Shown here: positions 1 to 9,117 of the stretch, in pieces
How the letters are laid out: every line of letters starts with the position of its first letter
How positions within the stretch are numbered: position 1 is the stretch's first letter
Assembly (NCBI GenBank): GCA_965230955.1
Contig: OZ246404.1
Span: forward strand, 353,184-417,183
Length of the DNA stretch: 64,000 nucleotides
Direction of reading: 5' to 3'
DNA from: an uncultured Candidatus Saccharibacteria bacterium
GTDB lineage: Bacteria; Patescibacteriota; CALEFQ01
The notes under the pieces: model-generated
Seen by the model: the letters and a program-made list of their open reading frames with translations, nothing else
The model's database searches: none
What the model was told of the DNA's origin: nothing
Program-made: the position numbers and the translations under genes

Positions 1-1
1 A

Positions 2-1174
2 TTGGCCGTAAATTTTGGGACATTAGTCGGGCATATTACCTTGAAGCGCGGTCTGATCAAAGACGAGGTCCGTGATTTCACCGAAGATGAATTCAAAATC
101 GCCGAAAAAATGCTCGATCGGTCTCTGTATGACGGCGCTTTCGGGTTTTCGACCGGATTGACCTATTCCCACGGCCGGTTCGCTAAAGTGGAAGAGATTA
201 TTCGGCTGGTAAAAGTAGTTTCTAAGTACAATGGTATTTACGCCACGGCCTTGCGCGATGAAGGAGCGGGGTTGGTCGCCTCCGTCGATGAGGCGATTGC
301 GGTGGGCAAAGAGACAAACGTGCCGGTGGAAATTTCCCAATTCAAAGCCAAGGGCGCAGAAAATCACCGGCTTTTCGCCGAGGCGTTGGCTCATATCGAG
401 AAAGCCGCCAATGAAAAAATAAATATAAATTTTGATCTTTATCCTTACGCCATTACCGGGACGGTGCTGTATACTTATTTGCCTGATTGGGTGACCCAGG
501 GCGGACGGAAAGCGATGATGGAGAAATTGAAAAATCCTCAGTTGCGTTCCAAAATTATCGCCGAGATGAAAAATAGCGGACATAATTTTAGGGGTTTGAG
601 AATCGCCCAGAGTTCGAATTTGGCTTTTGTCGGGAAAAAGATTACCCAGTTGAGCCAGGAAGCTCACCTCAGTCCGGAAGAGGCGGTAATTAATACTTTG
701 ATTGCCAGCGAGGGGAAAGCTATTTGTTTTGATCCGGCGCTGAGTGAAAATAATATTAAAGCCGGTTTGGTCAATCCGCTGTCGATTGTCGCCACCGACG
801 GTTCGGGCTATGGCTTGGAGTACGGCGCGACCAAGAATTTGGTCCATCCGCGCTGTTTCGGGACATATCCGAGATTTTTGGGGCGCTATGTCCGCGAGGA
901 AAAACTATTGAACTGGGAAGAAGCAATTTACAAAATTACCGGTATGCCGGCGCGCAAGCTTGGCCTGTTGGATCGCGGATTTATCCAGGAAGATTTGCAA
1001 GCCGATATCGCGGTAATTGATCCGGCGCGGATTCATGATGACGCGACTTTCGAGAATCCCTATCATTTCCCGGAAGGAATTGAAGCGGTCATGGTCAACG
1101 GCGTCGAAGTTGTTCGCCAGGGAAAAAATACCGGAAAGCGCCCGGGTCGGGTGTTAAGGCGGGGGAAGAATTAA
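2..1174 (+). CDS. N-acyl-D-amino-acid deacylase-like amidohydrolase (5' truncated by window edge; metal ligands degenerate)
   Basis: GAFGFSTGLTY, HPRCFGTYPRFLG, EEAIYKITGMPA, ADIAVIDP, VMVNG motifs of the D-aminoacylase family. Confidence 0.85.
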   Translation: MAVNFGTLVGHITLKRGLIKDEVRDFTEDEFKIAEKMLDRSLYDGAFGFSTGLTYSHGRFAKVEEIIRLVKVVSKYNGIYATALRDEGAGLVASVDEAIAVGKETNVPVEISQFKAKGAENHRLFAEALAHIEKAANEKININFDLYPYAITGTVLYTYLPDWVTQGGRKAMMEKLKNPQLRSKIIAEMKNSGHNFRGLRIAQSSNLAFVGKKITQLSQEAHLSPEEAVINTLIASEGKAICFDPALSENNIKAGLVNPLSIVATDGSGYGLEYGATKNLVHPRCFGTYPRFLGRYVREEKLLNWEEAIYKITGMPARKLGLLDRGFIQEDLQADIAVIDPARIHDDATFENPYHFPEGIEAVMVNGVEVVRQGKNTGKRPGRVLRRGKN

Positions 1175-1191
1175 GATATTAAGATATTAAG
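1171..1191. repeat. TTAAGATA tandem repeat overlapping stop codon
   Basis: ttaagata ttaagata ttaag. Confidence 0.7.
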
Positions 1192-1206
1192 AAAAGCTGA
1201 AATTGA

Positions 1207-1914
1207 ATGTTGATACCGAAATTGGCGCAGGACAATCAGGTGGTAATGGCGATGGTTTCGGAACGTTTCGAGGGGGATATGCGGGATATGCATTCGGAAA
1301 TTGCTCAAAGATGGTTGCGTTCGCTGGGGATAGCCGTTGATCGGATTGTCAGGGCGGAGCAGATTCACGGCAATCAAATTGTCGTAGTGAATGAAGGCGA
1401 TGCCGGAAAAACTATTTCCGGAGCGGACGGTCTTATCACCAATGTGCCGGGCGTATATTTGGGAATTGTTGCGGCTGATTGCGAGCAGGTATTAATTTTT
1501 GATCCGGTGCGGAGAGCGGTTGGAGCCGTGCATGTCGGTTGGCGCGGAAATGTTTCCGGAGTCATCGGCCGGGCGGTCGCGGCCTTAAATAAAAATTTTC
1601 AGTGCCGAAATCGTGACCTGTCGGTTTACATCGGCCCGTCGCTGGGTCCATGTCATGCTAGATTTTCCGATCCGCAGAGAGAATTGCCGCTCGGATTTCA
1701 GAAATATATTACTAAACGTGAGCATCAAGCCGGTTGGCTGGATTTTTGGCAAGCGACGATTGATCAATTGGTTGACCTGGGGGTTTCGGCTGATCGAATT
1801 GAAAAGACAGGCATATGTACGGCTTGCGAAAAAAACAGATTCTTTTCATGTCGGGCGGAAAAAAAGATTGTGGGGGAGCAGATTGCCTTGATTGGGCTTA
1901 ATGATAAGTCGTGA
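1207..1914 (+). CDS. pgeF: PgeF/YfiH (multicopper polyphenol oxidase-like) peptidoglycan editing factor
   Basis: QIHG, ADGLIT, ADC, HVGWRG, IGPS, CTAC..FFS motifs. Confidence 0.9.
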   Translation: MLIPKLAQDNQVVMAMVSERFEGDMRDMHSEIAQRWLRSLGIAVDRIVRAEQIHGNQIVVVNEGDAGKTISGADGLITNVPGVYLGIVAADCEQVLIFDPVRRAVGAVHVGWRGNVSGVIGRAVAALNKNFQCRNRDLSVYIGPSLGPCHARFSDPQRELPLGFQKYITKREHQAGWLDFWQATIDQLVDLGVSADRIEKTGICTACEKNRFFSCRAEKKIVGEQIALIGLNDKS

Positions 1915-1924
1915 CAGGAAAAAC

Positions 1925-2626
1925 ATGTCTCAATTGCAGGAACAACCTGAAATGTATTGGGCGATACCGCGACGATCGACGGTCGAGGTACTGCGCAAAA
2001 CTGTAGCCGATTTCTCGTCCTTGACGCCGGCGGCGCTGGATCGTTTGCGTCAATCTCAAATATTGGCGAGTGATCCGCCGGTCAAAGTCTTGAAAGAAGC
2101 CGGTGATTGGCGGTTGATTCAAATGGCTGATCTGACGCGCGGCTGGGTCGGGGCGGATTTTTTGGAAAAAAAGTTGCCGTCCGAAAATTATTGGGCGAAG
2201 GTTAGACGCTTTGGCGCCGAGCCGGTGCCGGTCAAATTATCGGCGGCCGAATTTCTGGATACCCTGAAGAATTGGCCTGCGCCGAAGTATGTCTGGGGCG
2301 GGCGGCAAGCCGACGGTCTTGATTGCTCGGGTTTGGTTCAGGCGGTATTTTTGCAAACTACCGGTTACTGGTTGCCCAAACATTCCAAAGACCAAGCGGC
2401 GCTGGGACAGCCGGTTTCCAGCTCCTGGGCGCTGGGCGACTTGGTCCTCATGAAAAACAAGGAAACCGCAGTGTCGCATATCGGTATCGTGACCGATCCG
2501 GCTCGGAAAATAATCTGGCATCATTCGCGCCAGAATGGACGGCCTCGTTTTGAATCGATGCCGGATTTGTCCCGGAGCTATAAATTTTTATCCGTTAACC
2601 GTTTGCTCGCTTTCGCTTTGGTCTGA
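1925..2626 (+). CDS. SH3-like + NlpC/P60 (C40) cysteine peptidase, no signal peptide
   Basis: YVWGG..GLDCSGL, HIGI, second His; N-terminal RGWV SH3b-like segment; ATG at 1925. Confidence 0.85.
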   Translation: MSQLQEQPEMYWAIPRRSTVEVLRKTVADFSSLTPAALDRLRQSQILASDPPVKVLKEAGDWRLIQMADLTRGWVGADFLEKKLPSENYWAKVRRFGAEPVPVKLSAAEFLDTLKNWPAPKYVWGGRQADGLDCSGLVQAVFLQTTGYWLPKHSKDQAALGQPVSSSWALGDLVLMKNKETAVSHIGIVTDPARKIIWHHSRQNGRPRFESMPDLSRSYKFLSVNRLLAFALV

Positions 2627-2656
2627 TGGCCGGAGTCGCAAGCTTATTTTAAAACT

Positions 2657-4102
2657 ATGATTGACCACCCTTATCTCAATCAACTGCGCCAAAAGAAAGT
2701 GCATTTAGTCGGTTTGTCATCGGCGGAAATCAGCGCGGTGGCGGAATTTTTGTGCGCCCAGGGAGTCAAAAATTTGGTGGCTCATGATATCAACGACGGG
2801 GTGGAATTCAAACAATCTTTTCGCCGCTCGCACCAGGGATTGACCCGGGCTCAGCAAGTGGCGTCTCTAAAAAAGATCGAATCTCTGCCGATTGAGAAAC
2901 GCTTCGGTAAAAAATATCTGCAAGGGATTGAGGAGGCGCAGGTTATTTTTCCCACGCAAGGCTGGTTTTTGTATCCGGCCAGCAAGGACAAACTCAGTGA
3001 GTTACAGAGCCAGGGGACGGAATTTGGCAGTATGACCAAGCTGTATTTGCAATTGTCGCCCGCCTCGGTCATCGGTGTCACCGGCACGAACGGCAAGGGG
3101 ACGACGACTCATCTGATTGCCGCTATGCTCAAAGCGGGCGGACGCAAGGTTTATTTGGCCGGCAATGATCCGGAAAGCATTCAGGCTCTCGATCAGCTGG
3201 AAAAAATGCAAGAGAGCGATTATTTGGTCTTGGAAATAAGCAATCGCCAGCTAATGATAGATTTGGGCCGGAGTCCGGCGATTGCGGTGATTACCAATGT
3301 CACACCCAATCATTTAAACGAGCACCGCAATCTTTTTGACGAATACGCCCGGACCAAACAATCTCTGCTTAAATACCAAGAGCCGGGCGATCATGCTATT
3401 TTGAATTTTGACAATGAAACTACCGCTCAATTTGCTCTGAAAGCCAAAGCAAAAGTTTGCGGTTTCTCCACTTTCAAAAACTTGCGGGACGGTGTGTGCC
3501 TGATCAAGGACAAAATCATTTCCAGCTGTGAAGGCAAACCGGAAACGGTCGCGTCGGTCAGTGAAGTAAAATTGCCGGGGCGGTATAATTTGGAAAATGT
3601 TTTAGCGGCCGTGGCTGTGGCAAAAATTTGCCAGATCGACAACGAGGCGATTCGCCGAGCGCTTACTCATTTCAAAAGCATGCCCCACCGCTTGGAGTTT
3701 ATCGCCGAAGTGAAGGGCGTGCGTTACTTCAATGATTTATTCAGCACGACGCCGGCTTCGACGCAATTGGCGATTGAATCCTTTGACAAGCCGGTGGTGT
3801 TGATTGCCGGCGGAGAAGCGAAAGGCGTCGATTATTTTTCGCTGGCCGAGGTGATCAAGGGACATGTCAAAAAACTCTGGCTTTTCCCCGGAACCGTGGC
3901 CGATGACCTGAAAAAACATTTACAGAAAATACATTTCGACAATTTCGTGGAAACGGATGATTTCGATAAATGTTTGAAAGCCATTGCCGGGGAAGCGCTG
4001 GCGGGCGAGGTTGTCTTGCTTTCTCCGGGCGGTGCTTTTTTCAGTTCGAAATTCATTGAAAAAAAGTCAAAGGGATTTGATACGGTCGTCAAAAGCTGGT
4101 AA
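2657..4102 (+). CDS. murD: UDP-MurNAc-L-Ala:D-Glu ligase-like Mur ligase (divergent)
   Basis: VTGTNGKGTT P-loop, TNVTPNHL, PHRLE, YFND, LIAGG..K, VLLSP. Confidence 0.85.
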   Translation: MIDHPYLNQLRQKKVHLVGLSSAEISAVAEFLCAQGVKNLVAHDINDGVEFKQSFRRSHQGLTRAQQVASLKKIESLPIEKRFGKKYLQGIEEAQVIFPTQGWFLYPASKDKLSELQSQGTEFGSMTKLYLQLSPASVIGVTGTNGKGTTTHLIAAMLKAGGRKVYLAGNDPESIQALDQLEKMQESDYLVLEISNRQLMIDLGRSPAIAVITNVTPNHLNEHRNLFDEYARTKQSLLKYQEPGDHAILNFDNETTAQFALKAKAKVCGFSTFKNLRDGVCLIKDKIISSCEGKPETVASVSEVKLPGRYNLENVLAAVAVAKICQIDNEAIRRALTHFKSMPHRLEFIAEVKGVRYFNDLFSTTPASTQLAIESFDKPVVLIAGGEAKGVDYFSLAEVIKGHVKKLWLFPGTVADDLKKHLQKIHFDNFVETDDFDKCLKAIAGEALAGEVVLLSPGGAFFSSKFIEKKSKGFDTVVKSW

Positions 4103-4107
4103 ACCAA

Positions 4108-4152
4108 AAACCCCTGGATCATAAAGCATTCGGACTTTAGGAGCAGGGGTTT
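4108..4152. terminator. Hairpin between convergent murD and LysW-like gene
   Basis: aaacccctg ... caggggttt inverted repeat, A-run on the left. Confidence 0.55.
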
Positions 4153-4163
4153 CCCGGTTGAAA

Positions 4164-4313
4164 TTATTTTTCTTCCTCGATCAGTTCCGCTTTCAACGGA
4201 TTAAGGCCGGTGACTTCGTATTCGGCTCCGCAATTGGAGCAATCGATCACGTCGCCGACTTTGGCCGAACCTTGCTCGATGGGAATTTCATTTTTGCAAT
4301 CTTGGCATTTCAT
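4164..4313 (-). CDS. LysW-like zinc-ribbon carrier protein, 49 aa (not in ORF track)
   Basis: Manual translation MKCQDCKNEIPIEQGSAKVGDVIDCSNCGAEYEVTGLNPLKAELIEEEK*: CxxC...GDVIDCxxCGAEYEV..LNPL pattern of LysW. Confidence 0.85.
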   Translation of the reverse strand: MKCQDCKNEIPIEQGSAKVGDVIDCSNCGAEYEVTGLNPLKAELIEEEK

Positions 4314-4316
4314 AAA

Positions 4317-4371
4317 TAGTCTTTGGTCTTTTGTCTTTAGTCTTTAGCCAAAGACCATAGACTAAAGACTA
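4317..4371. repeat. Inverted heptamer array (TAGTCTT-type x4, then AAGACTA-type x3)
   Basis: tagtctt tggtctt ttgtctt tagtctt tagcca aagacca tagacta aagacta. Confidence 0.85.
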
Positions 4372-4407
4372 AGGATCATTATACTATCAGGGTTAAAAAG
4401 ATCAAGC

Positions 4408-5439
4408 ATGCATTGCGTTAATTTCGAGAACCAATTAGACGTTAACCAAAAAGGGATCTGGAGATTCCGCCGTTTTTTTAATACCGAGATAGCGTCCGAG
4501 TATCGGCTGACAATGCGGGAGGGGCATACGCCCCTGGAACCGCTGGTAGTCGGATCGCAGAAAATTTGGCTGAAACGGGAAGATAAAAATCCGCACGGTT
4601 CGCACAAAGATCGGTCTCTGGCTTATCAAGTTTCTCTGGCGCAGCAACAGGGGGCGACCGAATTGGTTATCTCTTCTTCCGGCAATGCGGCGATTGCCGC
4701 CGCGGCGTTTTGCCGGCTGGCAAAAATCAAGCTTTGGGCTTTTCTTGCGCCGACAATTCCTCGGCAAAAGTTCTTAGCCGTCAAAGAGTCGGGCGCCACC
4801 ATTATTGTCAGCCATCGCGCTATGCGCTTGGCCAATTATCTGTCCAAGAAAAAGAAATTAATCAATCTGCGGCCTTCCACCAATGATGACTCGATTGTCG
4901 GATTCAAAACCTTGGGGTTTGAGATTTTCGAACAAACGGAAAAGGTATTGCCGATTTTTACTTATGTTACCAGCGGCAGTTCGTTGATCGGCCTGGCTCA
5001 ATCCGGCCAGGAATTGCTGGCCGCCGGTTGTCTCAGCCGTTTACCCGCCTTAAACGCGGTTCAGTCCGGCGGCCTGGTATCGGCCGGGGGAGTCGTGGGC
5101 GATGAGACTGGCGCCAGTTTGGCCGGGCAAGGCGGTACCAGGAAGACCCGCCGCGCCGAGCAAATTATCGAAGCGGTGGGATTGAGCGGCGGACGGACTT
5201 GGCATATTTCCGAAGAGCAAATAAAAGAGGCGGCGGCGCTTTTGAGCCGGCAAAATATTCAGACTTCTTTTGAAGGTTGCGCTTCGCTGGCCGCGGTTAT
5301 CGCCAGCGGCGAGAGTGAGGCGGTATGTGTTTTGACTGGACGTTTTTATGAGAGCGAGCCGGTTTTGCCCGTCGATATGATCGGCGTGGCCGAGGCGGTT
5401 AATTTGGATCAAATTGATCAGTTGATTTTTCATGCCTAA
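4408..5439 (+). CDS. PLP-dependent fold-type II enzyme (threonine synthase-like)
   Basis: EGHTPL, LKREDKNPHGSHKDR (PLP lysine), SSSGNAAIAAAA, VGFKTLGFEI. Confidence 0.85.
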   Translation: MHCVNFENQLDVNQKGIWRFRRFFNTEIASEYRLTMREGHTPLEPLVVGSQKIWLKREDKNPHGSHKDRSLAYQVSLAQQQGATELVISSSGNAAIAAAAFCRLAKIKLWAFLAPTIPRQKFLAVKESGATIIVSHRAMRLANYLSKKKKLINLRPSTNDDSIVGFKTLGFEIFEQTEKVLPIFTYVTSGSSLIGLAQSGQELLAAGCLSRLPALNAVQSGGLVSAGGVVGDETGASLAGQGGTRKTRRAEQIIEAVGLSGGRTWHISEEQIKEAAALLSRQNIQTSFEGCASLAAVIASGESEAVCVLTGRFYESEPVLPVDMIGVAEAVNLDQIDQLIFHA

Positions 5440-6811
5440 AACGATAAACAATTTTGAGGATTGTCAGCGCTTGTTGGCGCCGGTTGAGGCCGATGTTTTT
5501 GCGCTGGGCAATTCGGTCTACCATGGCTTGGGATTGCTGGAAATATTGCCTTCCGCCAAAGTTATCTGTCTGGATGATGACAATTTATTGGTCTGGCTGG
5601 CCAAAGAAAAAGCGACGATTTTTTCGCTGGAGGAAAAGGGGGGGCGGCCAAAAAATGTTTTTCGCAGTAGTGCTAATTTATTGGCGGCGGAGCCGGTGCA
5701 AGCATTTCTTAAAAAGAATTCAACTCATCCTTGGCTCTATGTGCCGAAGTCTAGCCGACGGCTGGAAATCCAGGCTCAGAAAATCGGGGCGGAAATTATT
5801 GGTGCCAGCAGTGCGCTTAACCATCTCTTTGAAGATAAAATTTCTTTCACTAAAAAAATCGTGGAATGGGGCCTGTCTCGCGCGCCGCGCCAGGAAATCG
5901 AGGTTTTTCGCCCGGCTTTGTTTGACGCCGCTCGACGCTGGGGCTGGCCGCTGGTAATTCAGTTCAATCGCGGCATTGCCGGCGAAGGGACGAAGTTTTT
6001 AGAAAACCAGGCCGAGCTCGCCAGTTTCGCGGCTCAAAATGAAGGGCGGCCGGCGGTAGTGGCCAAGTTTGTTAAAGGTAAAACGATTACTCTCAATGCC
6101 TGTGTTACTTACCGGGGAACGGTAATCGGCCGGCCCTTTTGGCAGATTACCGGCGCCGCGACGCTCAATCGCAATCGCGGCGGAACCGGCGGTAATGACT
6201 ATGCCGCGGATTTGAAATTAAGCGATTCCCAATCGGCAGAGATCGCCCAAATTACTCAGCTGATCGGAGCCAAAATGTTTGCGGCGGGATACCGGGGCTT
6301 ATTCGGATTGGATTTGATCGTCGAAGAAAAAATTACCGTCATCGAAATCAATGCCCGGCCGACGGCTTCGATCCCCACCTATACGCAGTTGGAGCGCGAG
6401 AGCGGAGAAATTCCGCTTTTGGGTTTGCATTTGCTGGAATTTCTGCGGATCCCTTATGATTTTGACCTCGACCGTCTGAATCAAGTCAAAGCTAAAACTG
6501 ATTATCGGGGGAGCAAAGTAATTATTCGCAATACGACGGATCGGCCGATCGAAATCACCCGGGATCTGGCGCCGGGCGTATATGAGTTGGCGGAAGATCG
6601 TTTGGTTTTCAAGCGATTCGGTCGGCGGCTCAAGGATATCCGAGCCGAGGGAGAATTCCTGGTTTGGACGGCCAAGGCGCGACGCCAAATCAATCCGAAT
6701 ATAGAGATGGCTATCGTTTATTTCCGTCAGTCGGTGCTTGATAGTCAGTTCATCTTGCGCCCGGAAATCCGCGCCATTGCCGCTACCATTAAAGAACAAT
6801 TGCTTAAATAA
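5432..6811 (+). CDS. ATP-grasp carboxylate-amine ligase of unknown specificity
   Basis: FEDKISF, PLVIQFNRGIAGEGT, YRGLFGLDLIV, VIEINARPTAS. Confidence 0.8.
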   Translation: MPKTINNFEDCQRLLAPVEADVFALGNSVYHGLGLLEILPSAKVICLDDDNLLVWLAKEKATIFSLEEKGGRPKNVFRSSANLLAAEPVQAFLKKNSTHPWLYVPKSSRRLEIQAQKIGAEIIGASSALNHLFEDKISFTKKIVEWGLSRAPRQEIEVFRPALFDAARRWGWPLVIQFNRGIAGEGTKFLENQAELASFAAQNEGRPAVVAKFVKGKTITLNACVTYRGTVIGRPFWQITGAATLNRNRGGTGGNDYAADLKLSDSQSAEIAQITQLIGAKMFAAGYRGLFGLDLIVEEKITVIEINARPTASIPTYTQLERESGEIPLLGLHLLEFLRIPYDFDLDRLNQVKAKTDYRGSKVIIRNTTDRPIEITRDLAPGVYELAEDRLVFKRFGRRLKDIRAEGEFLVWTAKARRQINPNIEMAIVYFRQSVLDSQFILRPEIRAIAATIKEQLLK

Positions 6812-7939
6812 ATGTTGCCTAAACCGCACAAACCTGATTATCTCTTGTCCATCGTGGTTTTTATTTTAGTTGTTTTCGGATTGATTATGGTATCTTCGGC
6901 CAGCGTCGTGCAGTCTTATGAAAATACCGGCGACACTTATCATTATTTCCAGCACCAATTGATTTATGGCGTCATCATCGGTTTGATTGCCATGTTTATT
7001 TTCACGCGGATTCCGTATGAAAAATATAAAAAATTGGGCGCCGCCATGTTGGTTTCGGTATTTATTTTGTTGATATTGGTTTTGATTCTCGGGCGCGAAC
7101 TGGGTGGTTCGCGCAGTTGGATTTTTATCGGTGATTTTTCTTTTCAGCCGACGGAGTTGATCAAATTGCTCTTTGTTATGTATTTGGCTGTCTGGTTTGA
7201 GAAAAGGCAGCGCAAAGTACAGAATTTCCGTGAAGGCTTTTTGCCGTTTGTGATTTTGCTGGCCGCAATCGCGATGTTTATCGCGCTCCAGCCGGATCTG
7301 GGAACAATGGCGGTTATTTTATTGACGGCGGTGGTGGTGTTCTATGAAGCGGGCGGTAAAATCAGCCATATCTTGGTTTTAATGGCGAGCAGTTTTGCCG
7401 GATTGTTCGTGATGCTAAAAATGTTTCCCCACGCCGCTTTGCGCTTTACGGCATTTCTTCATCCCGAGCTTGATCCTCAGGGCGTCGGCTATCAGATAAA
7501 TCAGGCCGTTTTGGCGCTTGGTTCCGGGGGGATTTTCGGGCTGGGATTGGGCAATAGCCGGCAAAAATTCAATTATTTGCCAGAAGCCTCGGGCGATTCC
7601 ATCTTTGCCATTATCGGCGAGGAATTGGGTTTCGTTTTTGCTTTGATAATAATCGCTTTGTTTGTCGTTATTGCCTTGCGCGGATTGCGCATCGCTCGCC
7701 AAACGGAGGATATGTTCGGGAAATTGGTGGCGGTGGGGATCACCGCTTGGATCGTGTTTCAGGCTTTTTTCAACATCGCCGGCATCATGAACTTGATACC
7801 CTTTAGCGGTATTCCTTTGCCGTTGATAAGTTATGGCGGATCAGCTATGTTGGTTACATTGGCGGCGATGGGAATTTTGCTAAATATCTCGCGTTACACC
7901 AAAGAGCCGTTGCGGGCTTCACGCTCCAATATCGTTTAA
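6812..7939 (+). CDS. ftsW: SEDS peptidoglycan polymerase FtsW
   Basis: GLIMVSSAS, SFQPTELIK, LQPDLGT, GYQINQA, LPEASGDSIF, PLISYGGS. Confidence 0.95.
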   Translation: MLPKPHKPDYLLSIVVFILVVFGLIMVSSASVVQSYENTGDTYHYFQHQLIYGVIIGLIAMFIFTRIPYEKYKKLGAAMLVSVFILLILVLILGRELGGSRSWIFIGDFSFQPTELIKLLFVMYLAVWFEKRQRKVQNFREGFLPFVILLAAIAMFIALQPDLGTMAVILLTAVVVFYEAGGKISHILVLMASSFAGLFVMLKMFPHAALRFTAFLHPELDPQGVGYQINQAVLALGSGGIFGLGLGNSRQKFNYLPEASGDSIFAIIGEELGFVFALIIIALFVVIALRGLRIARQTEDMFGKLVAVGITAWIVFQAFFNIAGIMNLIPFSGIPLPLISYGGSAMLVTLAAMGILLNISRYTKEPLRASRSNIV

Positions 7940-7947
7940 TCAAATTT

Positions 7948-9117
7948 ATGCCCAAAAATATTAAAGTTTTACTGACCGGCGGCGGTACGGGCGGGCATGT
8001 CCTGCCGCTTTTGGCCGTGGTCAATGAATTGCGCAAGATCGGGGCGGAACGCGGGATTGATTTCACTTTTTTGCATATCGGTACCAATCCGGCTCGGGAG
8101 CAGTCTTTGGTGGAAAAAGCGCACGTGAAATATGATCATGTGGCTGCGGGCAAGATCCGCCGCTATTTTTCCCTGCAAAACGCGGTCGATATTTTCAAAA
8201 TTCCTTGGGGGTTGGGCCAAGCGTACGCCAAGGTAAAAAAATTCCAGCCCGATGTGATATTCGGCAAGGGCGGCTATGCCAGTGTCCCGGTGATAACCGC
8301 CGCCGGTTGGCAGCACAAAAAAATCATAATTCACGAATCCGATACGACGCCAGGTTTGGCTAACCGGAAAATGGCCAAATACGCAGCCAAAATCGCTTTG
8401 ACTTTTCCGCAATCGGCCAGGTTTTTCGAGCCGGGCAAAGTGGTGATTACCGGTAATCCAATCCGCGAAGGAATACTTTCCGGCAGTTATGAGCGTGGTT
8501 TAAAAACATTTAATTTGGAGACTGATAAACCTATTTTGTTTGTCACCGGCGGTAGTTCCGGCGCCCGTACGATCAATCGGGTGATGGTGGAAGCTCTGCC
8601 GCAGCTGCTTGACCGATATCAGATAATTCATCAGTGCGGCACAATCGGATTGCCGGAAGTGCTGGATCGGCTCCGGGAAAAATTCGGACGCGAAATAGTC
8701 ATTCAACAAGGAACGAATTATTATTTGCGCGGTCAAGGTTACCGCTTGCGTCCCTTTTTGCAACAAGATGAAATGGCCAACGCTTATGCCGCGGCGACGG
8801 CGGTTATTTCCCGGGCCGGGGCGGGCAACTTGAGCGAGATTGCCGCATTGGGTAAGCCTTCGATCCTGGTGCCTTTGCCTCTGACCGCCAGTCGGGGCGA
8901 GCAAATCACCAACGCTGCGGTTTTTGAGCGGGCGGGAGCCAGTGTCGTGATTATGAATGAAGAAATGTCGGCCGAAAAACTGGTGGCGGTTACCCGGCAA
9001 TTACTGGCCAATCCCGAGGAACTGGCATCGATGGGGCGGGCGGCGAAAAGCTTGGCCCGGCCTGAAGCCGCGCTTTTGATTGCCGAGGAAATATTAAAGC
9101 TCACTTATGCCAATTGA
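7948..9117 (+). CDS. murG: Lipid II GlcNAc transferase
   Basis: TGGGTGGHVLP, KGGYAS, HESD..PGLAN, TGNPIR, GGSSGA, SRAGA. Confidence 0.97.
   Translation: MPKNIKVLLTGGGTGGHVLPLLAVVNELRKIGAERGIDFTFLHIGTNPAREQSLVEKAHVKYDHVAAGKIRRYFSLQNAVDIFKIPWGLGQAYAKVKKFQPDVIFGKGGYASVPVITAAGWQHKKIIIHESDTTPGLANRKMAKYAAKIALTFPQSARFFEPGKVVITGNPIREGILSGSYERGLKTFNLETDKPILFVTGGSSGARTINRVMVEALPQLLDRYQIIHQCGTIGLPEVLDRLREKFGREIVIQQGTNYYLRGQGYRLRPFLQQDEMANAYAAATAVISRAGAGNLSEIAALGKPSILVPLPLTASRGEQITNAAVFERAGASVVIMNEEMSAEKLVAVTRQLLANPEELASMGRAAKSLARPEAALLIAEEILKLTYAN

Noticed and set aside
4164-6811. Standard LysW-dependent lysine or arginine biosynthesis
   Set aside because: Carrier lacks EDWGE, the ligase is larger than LysX/RimK and lacks their motifs, and no kinase, reductase, aminotransferase or carboxypeptidase gene is in the window
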